Made by a program: the position numbers and the translations under genes. DNA of 64,000 nucleotides from Leucoraja erinacea (taxonomy: Eukaryota): positions 16,926,001 to 16,990,000 of the forward strand of contig NC_073384.1 in NCBI RefSeq assembly GCF_028641065.1, in the 5' to 3' direction. Shown here in pieces: positions 14,421-28,400 of this stretch. The notes under the pieces were generated by a model. The model did no database searches. It had not been told where the DNA came from and saw only the letters and a program-made list of their open reading frames with translations. The stretch's first letter is position 1, and the number at the start of each line of letters is the position of its first letter.

Positions 14421-14619
14421 ACTGATGATTCATGCCTCTTGGAGCTGTGAGGACCCGACCAGTGAGGCCTAGCACGACCGAAAAAACTGCGGCCTATTGA
14501 CCGTCCAGAGCCTCCAACCAACAATCCCCCCCCCAGAGCTGCAAACTCCACGATGGTGAACAGGATTCAACTTGCTGATATCATTTCTCACATTAATAAT
14601 GCTCCCATTAATCTCCCCT

Positions 14620-15262
14620 CAGAGACAGAGTGGACAGGGGCACAGAGAGGGCAGAGGCAGAGAAAAGGCAGAGGCACAGAGAGGGAGGAGGGGGGGGGGG
14701 CGGGGGGGGGGTAGAGAGAGAGAGAGAGGGCAGAGATTGAGAGAGAGAGGCAGAGACAGGGAGGCAGAGAGAGAGAGCGGCAGAGAGAGAGGGTAGAGAC
14801 AGAGAGACAGGGCGGGGAGGGGGGAGAGCAAGAGGGGGGGAGAGAGAGGGGAGAGAGGGGGGAAAGAGGGGGAGAGAGAGAGAGGGGGAGAGAGAGGGGG
14901 GGAAGAGAGTGGGGTAGATAGGGGAGAGAGAGGGAGAGAGGAGAGAGAGGAGGAGAGAGGGGGGAGGGAGGGAGGGGGAGAGAGAAGGAAAGGGGAGAGA
15001 GGGGGGGGAGGGAGCTGAGAGAGAGAGGTGGAGAGGGGAGGAGGAGAGAGAGGGGGATAGTGGGGAGGGAAGGAGAGGGGAGGGGAGAGGGGGGGGGGGG
15101 GGGGGAGAGGGAAGAGAGAGAGGAGGAGGGGAGAGTGGGGGGGGGATGGAGAGAGGGAGGGGGAGGAGAGAGGGAGGAGTGGGGAGAGTGAGGGGCAGGG
15201 AGGGGGGATAGAGGGAGGGGAGAGTGGGAGGGGGAGAGAGGGGAGAGAGAGGAGAGAGAGAG
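14620..15262. repeat. Purine-rich (GA/G)n low-complexity tract
   Basis: ~640 bp almost entirely G/A on the + strand, with long G runs. Confidence 0.95.
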
Positions 15263-15285
15263 CAGCTCTTGGGTACAGAGCCCGC

Positions 15286-15593
15286 CTTGCACCCTGCTTG
15301 AAATGGTACAAAACGGCACTTGAGTTTGGTTGCCTTGCACCCTGCTTGAAATGGTATGAAACTGCACCTGAGTTTGGTGGCCTTGCACCCTGCGTGAAAT
15401 GGCATGAAACTACATTTGAATTTGGTAACCTTGCACGCTGCTTGAAATGGTACAAAACGGCACGAGTTTGGTTGCCTTGCACCCTGCTTGAAATGGTATG
15501 AAACTGCACCTGAGTTTGGTGGCCTTGCACCCTGCTTGAAATGGTATGAAACTACACAAATTTGGTGGTCTTGCACCCTGCTTGAAATGGTAT
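15286..15593. repeat. 48-bp minisatellite, ~6.5 units
   Basis: Unit CTTGCACCCTGCTTGAAATGGTATGAAACTGCACCTGAGTTTGGTGGC starting at 15286, 15334, 15382, 15430, 15476, 15524, 15570. Confidence 0.93.
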
Positions 15594-16529
15594 TCAAGGG
15601 AATCTGTACCAATTTGAAGATAGTCCAAGACCCACAAACAATAATGCCATCACGTCTAAACATTTCTATATGTAGATGGAATATTGAATAATTAAAGAGA
15701 GAACACCACTTATAACATCTGCCCACCTGGGCATATGTTCCATGTTTTCAAACCTCCCTGTATAAGCTATCAAATTTAACCTGGTGCAGGTGACTCTTGC
15801 GTTACTGTTAATGTCCTGTTAATGGAAATTCACCGTCACAAATTACAACCCAAAGTTTGAAATAGTGATTAAAATTGGTCCTGATTTATTGTCGTAGTAA
15901 CTAATCAACACAAAATTCACCTTTATTTTCAACTCGGGTTTCTTAATGCATACGTGGATAACTGTATGGAAATTCGTGATATGGACTGTTATCCAGGAAA
16001 CACAACCTCCCATAACATGGGGATCACCTTCATTCAATCAGTAATATTTCATAAAGTTTGGAAAATAATATACATTTTCTTACATTGCAACGGCACAATT
16101 TAGAATATTATAAAACTTTAAAGCACACTTTAAAATCAATCAATCAATCAACCTTTATTGTCATCTTGCAAGCAACAAGTACAGTGCAAAATGAAAAGAC
16201 GTTTCCCAGTGAATAGCGGAGCCTCGCACATGAAATTTAAAACACTTCTCACATAATAACACTAAAAAAAACAATCCAGTCCCTGATGGACAGAATAAAT
16301 AGTTAAAATCAGGTAAAAAACACAATGTTAAAAACAGTAAACCAATCATAGAAAAAAAACAAAAAAAAAACAAACAAAAAAAAAACATGGTTTTATGGAA
16401 TAGAAACTGTACTTGACAATAAATATTTACATTCTTTAAGATATATGAAGCACCATGTGGAAAGATGACCATATATTTTGATTTTCAGAAGCCATTCGAT
16501 GAGCATGGCTTCTGTAAATTTACTACACC

Positions 16530-16900
16530 GAGTTTAGAAGAATGAGGGGACCTGAATGAAATACAGTATAATGAAAAGCTTGGATAGAGTGGATGTGGAG
16601 AGGATGTTTCCACTAGTGGGAGAGTCTAGGACAAGAGCTCATAGCCTCAGTATTAAAGGACATTCTTTTAGGAAGGAGATGAGGAGAAATTTCTTTAGAC
16701 AGAGGGTGGTGAATCTGTGGAATTCTTTGCCACAGAAGGCTGTGATGGCCAAGTCAGTGGAGATATTTATGGAAAAGTAAAGATCGATTCTTGATTAGTA
16801 CAGGTGTCAGAGGTTATGGGGTTAGGAGGGAGAGAGATCAGCCATGATTGAATGGCAGAGTAGAATTGATGGACCGAATAGCCTAATTCTTTTCCTATCC
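16530..16900 (+). mobile_element. CR1 3' fragment
   Basis: DRVDVERMFPLVGESRTRAHSL...FFRQRVVNLWNSLP. Confidence 0.85.
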
Positions 16901-17009
16901 CTTTTGTCCTAAAGGTCACGGTATTGTAGGTAATTTATGACCATAAATAGAGGATAAGCTAACGAACAGGTAATGGGTGAAATTAAGCATACTAAGAGGA
17001 AAATTACTA

Positions 17010-20000
17010 ATTTTACTTCGGAGTCACATGAGAAACGGACCGTCAGGTGAGTACCCTGAGGTCGGTTTTTCTATTACAGGGGAGCCTTTTTCTGCTTGTG
17101 TGTTACAGGCAGAGAAAAAGGCTCTGGAACAAAACTGTCCCCTGTTCGAGGAGGAACGCTTTCCGTCAGGGAGGGGGGCAGCAACAGGCGGTAGGAGCGT
17201 TTACCCGGTGTTCCGCTATTCCCCGACACCGTGCCGAGCCCAGCCCGCAAGTACCCGAGCAGCGGGCTGGATGCATAGCCACCCAAAGAGGTATCCGGCA
17301 GGTGTTTTCCCGATTTCGGACGGGACGTCTCTCCACCCGCACGGGGGGGAGAGAGAGCCGCCTGAGTCGCTGGAGCGGCTCTCGGAGCAGGTGCCTGCGA
17401 GACGCGCTGCTTGAGGGGTGCTCTCGCTTCTACAAGGCACAAAAGCTCTAGAAGAACCTGTCCCCCGCTCGACTCCAGCGGAGGAGAGTTCCATTGCAGG
17501 GGGGGCAGCAACAGGCGGTAGGAACAATTACCATGCGCTCCGCTATCCCCATCACCGCGCCGAGCCCAGTCCCGCTAGTGCCTGAGCTGCGGGCTGGATG
17601 TTTAGCCATCCGAAGAGGCATCCGGCCGGTGGCTTCCGACTTGTCGGAGGGGACCTCTCTCCACCCGCAGGAGCTCCTGCGAGACATGCTACGTGAGGGG
17701 CAGTCTCACTGGAGGGTTCAGGCATACCCTCCACAGTGCCTAGGCACTGCCCATCGCTTCCTCCGTAGTGTGGTTAGCTTTGGGGTGACCAGGGCTGGGC
17801 TGGTCATGAAGAGGGGGTCGCTGGCTGAAGAATTCGGGAGTATGCCAGGGGTGCAGGAACAGGAAGAGTTGCTGGGTGTGTGTGGACCGCTACGTGGCTA
17901 CCCCACGTGCAGGAAGGCCATTAGAGCCTAAAAACTAACGGCCAGCTCTTGACCACCTCTCCGACAGGTGCCTACAGGAGTAGGTGGTTAATGAGGCTTT
18001 AAAATGTACAGCTCCAATAAATTATAGTCCTTCAAAGTGCCAGCAGTCAACAGCCAATTCTGGGGGCACGTCGGGACAAATACTCGGACCAGGAGCTGAT
18101 ACTGCAGCGGATCCTCAGGCTCCTGACGTCAGCCATCACACCATTTGCTCGTTTTCTGTGGACAATACGGAGATGACCACTAACTAACAAATCACTCTCG
18201 CACTGTTGTGCAACACGCAGAGCGAGATAAATTACCTCCGTATATAAATCATAAGACCTGCCCTAAATCCCGAATTTGGGTTGTGCTAAACCCCAGCCAC
18301 TGAGTCAGACTCACTGCTCTTTGGCAAAAAACCTCATGGGAATAAAAACTTTCGGCCTCATGAGGGCAGGCCCCAGGACGAGCAAACCCCAAAAATACAA
18401 TACCCAAGCGGCAGCACCCCATCGCGTCCACCAGTCGACGTCTACCATATGGGACTGGTGAAAGCTCGGGGACCGCATTTTTTTATGCCCGGGAGTCTTT
18501 TAGACCACGGCCCAGAGCAGGACCCCATGGAAAATGCGCCACCCCCCAACATCACCGCCACGTCAGACAACGCGCCAGACTCGCTGGTCTGGGAAGAGAC
18601 AGAAGAAATGTCCATATCCATGGAGGTAGGTGGGTCTGGTGCCTACAAAAATATGTAAAATAAGGAATCTAATTTCAAAGGATACTTTATGGCAAGCATT
18701 GGCCTCAAATATGCTTACTATTCAGTACCCATTCAAAAGGATCTACGCAGATACCTAAAATTTACCTGGATGGGGCAACTATGACAGTTAAAGCATTACC
18801 CCATGGGGTAACGTCAGCTCAAGGTTATTCATTAAGATACTAAAACCAGCCCTGGCAAAACTAATAAGAAGACCATGGAATTGGCTATGTCAGCTGTTTT
18901 TCAGCTACAAAACAGTTTTCGAAACCCTGGGGTTTGTTTTACATCCAGATAAATCAAAGTTGAAGCCATCCACTATCATGGACTACTTAGACTTCACAAT
19001 TAATTCAGTCAATATGACTTTAACTTGCCAAAAGTCTAAACGGTTGAATTGGCACAATTATGCCACAATTTAATGGTCAACGAGTAACCAACTATTCGAC
19101 AAGTAGCAAGAGTAATTGGGAAAATAGTAGCAGCATTCCTGGCTACACAATTCGGACAATTGCATTATAAAATCTCCAAAGAGCAAAGGTACAGGCATTA
19201 AAATATCATGCAGGTCATTATGATCGGGTCATGAAATTACCCACTGAAACTATATCAAAACAGTTGGCATAGTTTCAGCCCTATCATTATCTAACAGGTG
19301 GTAGATGGACTAACCTAAAGTCATCATTACTACTTACACGGGGCATTAATTATTTAGCGATGTTGGGTGCCTTTTATGGATTAAAAGCATATACATCAAA
19401 TATGCATCACTGCATGTACGGTTACAAATGGATAATACTACGGTGGTGGCCTACATTAACCATATGGGAGGCATAAAATCGGTATCATGCGACAAATTGG
19501 TCAACACAATATGGCAATGGTGTGTCAAAAAGACATATTTGGCTGTCAGCAACTTACCTATCAGGTAAGCTAAATACAGTGGCAGACACCAGGTCACGCA
19601 AATTCAATGACAACATCGAATGGATGTAAAACCCAAAGTATTAGCAAAAATGATCAAGCTATATGGCACGCCAGATATCAATTTATTTGCATCAAGGCTA
19701 AATCACCAGATACCTATGCATGTCGCTTGGGAACCAGACCCAGAGGCAGCAGCGGTAGTAGATGGCTTCACGCTGGATTGGGGAAATTCCTTCTTCTATG
19801 TTTTCCCTCCCTTATGCCTCATCAGTCAGGTACTACGAAAACTACAGATGGACTCTGCATTAGGGTTTGATAGTACCCGACTGGCCTACACAGCCATGGT
19901 TCCCAATACTGCATAACATGTTTGTTGAGGTCAGAACAAACCATCAACACCATGTCAGCATCCCTTTCGAACATCCACTAAGAAGCAGTACTTAACCAGC

Positions 20001-21380
20001 ATCAAGAAATATGAGAAGTACTGCCAGGAAACAGGGACCACGTACACAACAGCAACAGTCACCAACGCACTGGAGTTCCTGGCCTACCTACACCACAAAG
20101 AGGAATCAGCTACAGTGCCGTCAACACAGCAAGGAGTGCCCTGTCTGCTTATTGAAACCAGCACCAGGACAACAGCCGATGGGATCCCATTCACTGGTGG
20201 TCAAATTAATGAAGGGCATCTATAACATCAAACCCCTAGACCAAGGTATACCCATTTATGGGATGTCAGTGTGGTCCTGACGTACCTCAGGGGATGGCCA
20301 CCAGCCAGATCCCTCAGCCTTGAACAAACTACCCTGAAAACGCTCATGTGGATGGCACTTGTATCCACTCAGAGGGTCCAGTCACTACATCGATTGCGAC
20401 TGGACAACATGGTGACCACCTCAGACCAGATCTCGTTCATCATCCAGGGTCTGGTAGACCAGAGCAGGCCAGGTATAGCCAATCCAGTTGTGGTGTTCCG
20501 GGCTTACCCGCCAGAGCCGCGGTTGTGTGTCATGACCTATCTACTATATTATATAGACACAACCTATAACATCAGAGGGAGTGAAAAAGCCTTATGGGTC
20601 AGCCACAAAAAACCTCATGGCCGGGTAACAAGCCAAACCATTGCAAGAAGGCTCAAGCAGGTACTAAAGGCTGCCGGAATAGACACTAACTTTTTTCAAA
20701 TCTCATTCCACCAGGGCAGCGTCTACATTAACGGCCGAAAGAATGGACGTACCAGTTGTCCATATTCTGACGACAGCAGAATGGTCGAGGGAAACGACAT
20801 TCAGAAAAATTTTACAATAAGCCGTTGACAAAACCTGACTTGTTTGCAGAAAAATGATCAAACTGCAAATATTTAATTTAAGCCCGGGGAAGCAATTAAT
20901 TTGTTATTGTTACTAAATACCATTTTTGTTTCTCGAAAAACAGATTCATTGGTTGGTTACGATAACACACTTCCTCCCTCAAGAACTTTGGCAGTGAGTG
21001 AAATAAAACTGTTACACGGTTTGAAATCACAGAGCTTTGAAGTCTTCACGTAGTCACTCATGTGACTCTGAAGTAAAATAGTAAGATTAAACGAGAACTT
21101 ACCAGTTTGAAGTTTGATCTGTATTTTATGAGGAGTTACGATGAGGGATTACGTGCCCTCCGCTCCCACCCTCATAATATAGGTCAAACTGATAACTGAT
21201 GTTTCCTTTTCTTTACTATGTTTACTTCAATAACTGTGTCTATCTGTGATTCCACACCGCTGCTTGGAAGTATGCCGTGCATGCGCGCTGAGCGGGTTCT
21301 TCACGTAATCCCTCATCGTAACTCCTCATAAAATGCAGATCAAACTTCAAACTGGTAAGCTCTCGTTTAATCTTACTATT
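17010..21380 (+). mobile_element. DIRS1-type tyrosine-recombinase retrotransposon, decayed
   Basis: Frameshifted RT (LKYAYYSVPI...RRYLKFTW), RNase H (MDNTTVVAYINHMGG), methyltransferase-like domain (INLFASRLN...LDW...YVFPP, 19620-19916) and recombinase (LKTLMWMALVSTQRVQSL, 20271-20828). Internal complementary region 21057-21155 matches both termini. Confidence 0.9.
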
Positions 21381-22327
21381 AATTTGTAGTCAGTTTATCT
21401 AACCACAGATATCAGTGGGAAATCATGTTGAGAAGGTAATGTAGCAACGCATCATAGTAATATCTTGGGACTTTAATTCACATCGGGTCTGGGAAATAAA
21501 ATTAGCTCTAATTGTGTAGATGAATTTGCAGCATGTGTATAAGATGATATTCTATATCGGCATGCTGAAGAATCAACAAAAATGCTGAAAAATCGTAGGT
21601 AGACAAATGTGCTGGAGAAACTCAGCGGGTGCAGCAGCATCTATGGAATGAAGGAAATAGGCAACGTTTCGGGCCAACACCCTTCTTCAGACTGATGTGT
21701 GGGGGGGGGGGGGGGGGGGGGGAGCTGAGGGAGAACTGAGAAGGGGAGGAGACAGCAAGGGCTACCAGAAATTGGAGAAGTCAATGTTTATGCTGCTAGG
21801 GTGTTACCTGCCCAAGCGGAATATGAGGTGCTACTCCTCCAATTTCCGGTGGTGCTCACTCTGGCCTCGGAATGGGAGGGGGAGATGAAGTCCTGAGCCA
21901 CAGGGAGATCAGGTTGGTTAATGCGGACCGAGCGGAGGTGTTCGGCGAAACGATCGCCAAGTCCATGCTTGGTGTCACCGATTTAGATCAGCTGACATCT
22001 AGCGCAGCGGATGCAATAGATGAGGTTGGAGGAGATCCAGGTGAACCTCTGTCGCAACTGGAATGACTGCTTGGGTCCTTGAACGGAGTCGAGGGGGGGT
22101 GAATGTATGAGTTGTGAGTTGTTGGGTAGACTGGGAAACTACATTAAAAGAATAAATGTGGCAGGAGCAGACCAATCTGTAGGCTATCTACTTTATGTGA
22201 GATTAAGGGTAAGAAAATATTGAGGCATATGCCTAAGAACCAGAACGAAGAACTGTGACATTTGGGAGTTCTGTGCTTTGACAGATACCAGCCAGAAGAA
22301 CCCTGAGGGGTGACCTTTAATCAGTCA

Positions 22328-22444
22328 CTATGTACGTTTGATGGCAGCATATTCGGTTGTCTCCTCGCTGACTTCTAAGGTTGGAGCTTTGGCATTCTGT
22401 CGTACAAACTGAATATCAGCATAGAGTATCTCCGGTTCCGCAGA
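22328..22444 (-). CDS. Terminal coding exon with ITIM and ITSM
   Basis: ctctattgcag|TCT GCG GAA...; SAEPEILYADIQFVRQNAKAPTLEVSEETTEYAAIKRT*; ILYADI is an ITIM, TEYAAI an ITSM. Confidence 0.9.
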   Translation of the reverse strand, partial: SAEPEILYADIQFVRQNAKAPTLEVSEETTEYAAIKRT

Positions 22445-25400
22445 CTGCAATAGAGAAACAGAATGTAAATGACACAAGAGAATGCTGAATCTATAAGCCG
22501 ATTTTGTCCATCAGTCAGAAAATACGCAAAATCACTCCATACCATCACAGTTTATAATGAATGGCATCAAAAACATATAAGATGAACAAGAAAGAACATT
22601 TACCAAAAGGGTAAAAAAGAGCAAACTAGTTATAAGCATAGAGTAATACAGTGTGGAAACAGGCCCTTTTGCCCAACTCACCCACACCAGCCAACAATGT
22701 CCCATCTACCCTAGTCCCACTTGCCTGCCCTTGGTCCATAACCATCCAAACCTGTCCTATCCATGTACCTGTCCAACTGTTTCTTAAACGATGGGATAGT
22801 CCCAGCCTCAACTACCTCCTCTGGCAGCTTGTTCCATCCACTCACCACCCTCTGTATGACAAAGTTACCCCTTGGATTCCTATTAAATCGTTTCCCCTTC
22901 AACCTGAACCTATGTCCTCTGGTCCGCAATTCCCCTACTTTGTGTAAAAGATGGTGGATCTACCCGATCTATTCCACTCATGATTTTATATACCTCTACA
23001 AGATCTCCGCTCATCCTCCTATGCTCCATGGAATAGAGACCCAGCCTACTCAACCTCTCCCTATAGCTCGCACCCTCTAGTCCTGGCAACATCCTTGTTA
23101 ATCTTTTCTGAACACTTTCAACCTTGACAACATCTTTCCTATAACATGGTGCCCAGAACTGAACACAATATTCCAAATGCGGTCTCACCAACGTCTTGAC
23201 TGCAACATGACCTCCCAAGTTCTATGCTCAATAATCTCTCTGATGAAGGCCAAAGTGACAATAGTTGTTTTGATCACCTTATCTACCTGCAACTCAACAT
23301 TTATGGCACCATTCACTTGTACTCCTAGATCCGTTTGCTCTACAACACTACCCAGAGGCCTACCATTTTCTGTGTAGGTCCTACCCTAGTTCGACGTCCC
23401 AAAATGCAACACCTCACACTTCTCTGTATTAAATTCCATCAACCATTCCTCCGCCCACATGGCCAATCGATCCAGATCCTGCTGCAATCGTTCACAACCA
23501 TCTTCACTATCTGCAAAACCACTAACTTTTGTATCATCAGCAAACTTGCTAATCTTGCCCTGTATGTTCTCATCCAAATCATTGCTGTACATGACAAGCA
23601 GTAACGGGCCCAGCACCGAACCCTGTGACACATCACTAGTCACAGGAATGAACGTGATGTATGTACGTAAGACTTTGAATATAATGATATTTATGGAAGC
23701 TTGTTCATATGTAAGAGTGTAAGGTGGACATTTGTAAACCTGAGATGGCTTGTATAGGTCTAAAAAGGAAGTGATGGCATTCAATTAAAGCATGGGCCAA
23801 AATGTCGCCTGTCCATTTCTTTCCGCAGATGCTGCCTGACCCACCGAGTTGCTCCAGCAGTTTGTATTTATGTCTGGTACTTACCATAGTGACATTGGGG
23901 GCCGGTTCTGTATTGGTCTTGGTTTCAACTGAAATAAAATAAGAATCTGTTGAGTTGTCACATACGGGTGAGAATCAAAATGAAATCATAGTGCGGTATA
24001 CAAACTTATTGTCATCCCTTATCCACTGCATTCAGATAGCTGCAACATCCTGCAGAACACATATGTTTAGTTTAGACATACGGCGTGGAAACAGGCCCTT
24101 CAGCCACCAAGAGAGAAGGCAGGTACAGGATACTGAGTTGGATGATCAGTCATGATCATATTGAATGGTGGTGTAGGCTCGAAGAGCCGAATGGCCTACA
24201 CCTGCACCTATTTTCTATGTTTCTATGTAAGTATACGCCGGCCAGCAATCCCCGTACACTAGTCAAGTCAAGTCAAGTCACTTTATTTCTATAGCACAAT
24301 TAAAAAACAACTCTCGTTGGCCAAAGTGCTTTACATTGGTGGAGGTACTAACGTTATACAACATTGGTACGTACATACATAAATACATATAGCCCTCACT
24401 CAGAGGACGTCAAGAAAGGCTTGAGACTAAAGATGAGTTTTAAGTCTCGACTTAAAGGAGTCGATGGAGGGGCAGTTCTGATGAGAAGAGGGATGCTGTT
24501 CCACATTCTAGGGACAAACCTGTACGTCTTTGAAGTGTGGGAGGAAACCAGAACATTTGTGGAAAACCCACACGGTCACAGGGAGAATGCACAATCTCCG
24601 TACAGACAGCACCCGTAGTCAGGATTGAACCCAGGTCGCTGGTGCTGTAAAACAACAACACAACACCGCCATCGTGCTGTCATATGTATGAAGAGTTTCT
24701 CACTCTTGACAGAGGCATGACAAGATTCACATATGTCTTAAAGGCTAGACGTCTGGCTTACTTCTGGAGTCTGCAGGCTGTGGATCAGGCCCTCTTTAGG
24801 GAGTTAAGCCAAACTGTGTAGGCCTATGCTTCAGTGCAGTATTGTAGAAGTTGCCTTTTAGTTGGTGGATCCGGAAACTTCTCAATTGAATGTAAAGGAT
24901 TATAATTTAATTAATTCATGGACATATACCCTTTAGTTCACTATCATAGGTTTAAATTCAGCCACTATCAAATCGATTGAAATTTGAGAGTCTGTGTTAA
25001 TGTTGGTTTTTCTAAAATTCTGCCATTAATTTGTCACTTATAGCAGGCATCTTTTGATAGGCTGCAGGAATTTATATATATCCAATAATTTGTTTAAGAC
25101 TGATGGTGTGTCCAATTAGTTGAGGAGGGCAGAGGCAGCAGTACTTGGTGGCAGGCTGCTCTCTATTTTAGGGACACAAGAGACTGCAGATGCTGGAATC
25201 TGATAAGGTAGCGTGGTGTTGAAGGAAGGACATGGCTGGAGATCTGCAACAGCCTGGGATTTGCCTGGAACAGGCACTTCTCATAAGAACTAGAGCGAGG
25301 ACTTTTAAAATAGCACTACTAGATGGTGCCTCTTGCATGCGGGCCCAGTAGACTATTTCTGTACAATTGCTATAATTAGGGATCGGAGTATAGCAATATT

Positions 25401-28400
25401 CTACTGGACTGTTTGTATGAAAAATAATTTCATTGTTAGCACTTCGCAAATGTGACAATAAAAGCACTTTTGAACCATTATTTCCGCATGTCACCTTCTG
25501 TAGGATTCCAGCATCTCTTGTTTCCACATTAGCTTTCAGCCTCTATTCCAACCATCTGCTCCCCCACTTGGCTCATCTGCCCCTCTTTCCTCGCTTCATC
25601 TGTTTCTATCTATTACTGTCCTGCCTCACACCTCCCCTTCACCTCTTTCTGTTGGCTATCTGCTCTCTATGATCATGACCCAAAACATCAACCAAAACTC
25701 TATTTTAGTTGCCTAGATGGAGACTTTGAGTGCTTGAATAGATTGTTTAGATACAAGATCTAATAGAGAGGAGATATGTATTCCAACTGTTCCTATTGAT
25801 CTAAGATATAGGAGCAGATTTAGGCATTTGGCCTATCAAGTTTGTTCCACCATTCAATCATGGCTGATCGATATTTCGCTTTCATCCCCATCCTCTCCCT
25901 GTAACCTTTGGCACCCTCACTAACCAACAACCTATCAATCCCTGATTTAAAAATACCCAATGACATGGCCTCCACTGCCATCCATGGTAATGGATTCCAC
26001 ACTCAGATATGGTGTTAGAGCAAGATGACTAAGTTGTGCAGAATTTTCTTTGAAGATTGCTTTAAATCTTTATATTTCTCTGACAGAGAACTGTGAAGCT
26101 AATTTGTTGAGTATGTTTAAAGGAATTGAAAAGCCAAAGAGGTTGAATAGTTTAAGTTGAGAATGGTGCAACACTGGGCTACTTCCTTGACTGTTTCTTA
26201 TGTTCTTACATTTGGAATCATTACTGAACATAGACAACATTTGAAGAAATCCCCAATATGAGTACTGAAATTTATTTTTTACCTGTAACTGTCGAATAAA
26301 CTGGGTTCAGGTCTTCAGTAGAGTTCCTAGTGAAATGATATAGAACACACTGTCAGTGAACTATTTATATTTGTTGAATGTCTCTGAAGAACAATAACGG
26401 GACTGCATTGGTATTGGTTTATTGTTCTTATGTGTAATGAGGTACAGTGAAAAGTTTTATTTGCATGCTATCCAGTCAAATCATACTATACAATCAAAGC
26501 AGATACAAGTACAACAGGTGGTGCAAAGATAAAAATACAAGAGAAACAAATGTGGTGTTATAGCATTTTAGCTTTACGGCCACAGACAAAAAACAAGTGA
26601 TGCCACAATGGCACAGCGGATGCTACATCTTGATGATATGAGACTTGTCTTAGCAGGAAAACCAGAGCAATTTTCAAATATATGGATTCCTTTCATGGAT
26701 TCATTACAAGGATAGTATGTTGCAACATAACATCAGAATTAAACCGATTTACAGACTGGGTGATGGGTGTGGTATATCAACACTTTTTGTGTTTTTTTTC
26801 CTTTTTAAAAAAAAAGTTTTTACTTACTCTTTGATTACACTCATTTGGTAGGGGTTCTATTCTTACATATTCACTTTCTCTTTCACTTTCTTTCTTTCTT
26901 GCTCTTTCTCTCTTTTTCTATTTCATCTTTGTTAAAATTAAAATGGAAGCTGTACAATAAATGTATTATGTCATATGCCGCGGTTTATACTTTTGTATAC
27001 TGCTTCTAATAAAAATATGAATAAAAAAGTAAAACAGATAAATAAATAAAACAGATAAATAAATAATAAATAAATAAATAAACACAATGGCGCAGCGGTA
27101 GAGTTGCAGCATTACAGTGCAAGAGACACAAATTCAATCCTAACTACGGCTGCTGTCTCTACGAAGTTTGTACATTCTCCCCGTGACCTGCGTGGGTTTT
27201 CTCCGGTGCTCCAATTTCCTCCCACACGCCAAAGATGTACAGGTTTGCAGATTAATTGGCTTCGATAAAAATTGTAAATTTGCCCCAGTGAGTAGGATAG
27301 TGTTTGTGATCACTGGGCTTAGTGGGCTGAAGGGCCTATTCCCACACTATACCTCTAAAGTCTAAAGAAAGGTCTGCAATGTGGTGGGATGTTCAATAAT
27401 CACATAAAATTGTCTTATTTTCTAAATGGGGAGATCATTCAGAAATCAGAGGTGCAAAGGGACTTGGGAGTACTGGTGCAGGATTCTCAAAAGATTAATT
27501 TGCAAGTCGAATCGGTAGTAAGGAAGGTGAATGCAAAGCTCACATTTACTTTGAGGGCTATAATACAAAATAGGTTGTAATGCTGAGGCTTTATAAGGCA
27601 CTGCTCAGACCGTGTTTGGCATATTATGAGTAGTTTGGCGTATTATGATCAGTCTATATCTGAGGAAGGATGTGCTGGCATTGGGACCCAGCCTCTCCAG
27701 TCCCTCCACATAACTGAAGTTTTAGTTTAATTTAGTTTAAGATACAGTGTGGAAACAGGACCTGCGGCCCACCGAGTCTGCGCCGACCAGCGATTCCCGC
27801 ACAATAACACTATCCTAAACACTAGGACAATTTACCATTTTACCTACAATTAGCCTGCAAACCTGTACTTCTTTGGAATGTATGAGGAAACAAGCAAACC
27901 CATGCAGGTCACGGGAAGAACAGACAAACTCTGAACATATAGCACCCATAGTCAGAATCGAACCCGGGTCTCTGGCGCTGTAAGGCAGCAAACCCACCTT
28001 TGCACCCGTGCCTGAACTGTTCCATCCCATGAAACTTCCATGTTCTACGACTCTTTCCTCCGGTCTTTGCTGGATTCAACGCCCATGCCCACCATGCTTA
28101 ATTCAATATCATATTAAAGCAAGATGTGAAAATACATTTTACTCACCCTTCGGATTTAAACATGTGTTGGAAGCACACCCATTTCTTCATATAGCACACT
28201 GCTATTGCTAAGATGATGAATAAGAGGACGAATACCAGGACACAGGCTACAATACCGCCCAAGATTTTCGAAGACAACTTTTCATATGTTTGATCTGAAA
28301 AATATCAAAGGTTTATAGAGTTTAGTTGCAACATGTGTTTATTTCTCTCATTTTAAGCAAACACACAGGCTTGCTTGATGCCCCATCATAGATGCCCCAT

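Noticed and set aside
15286-15593. CRISPR-like repeat array
   Set aside because: Contiguous tandem units with no unique spacers, vertebrate context, no cas genes.
14588-15726. Long Pro/Ser/Leu-rich ORFs (266-372 aa)
   Set aside because: Artefacts of the stop-free CT-rich strand of the GA tract and the 48-bp minisatellite.
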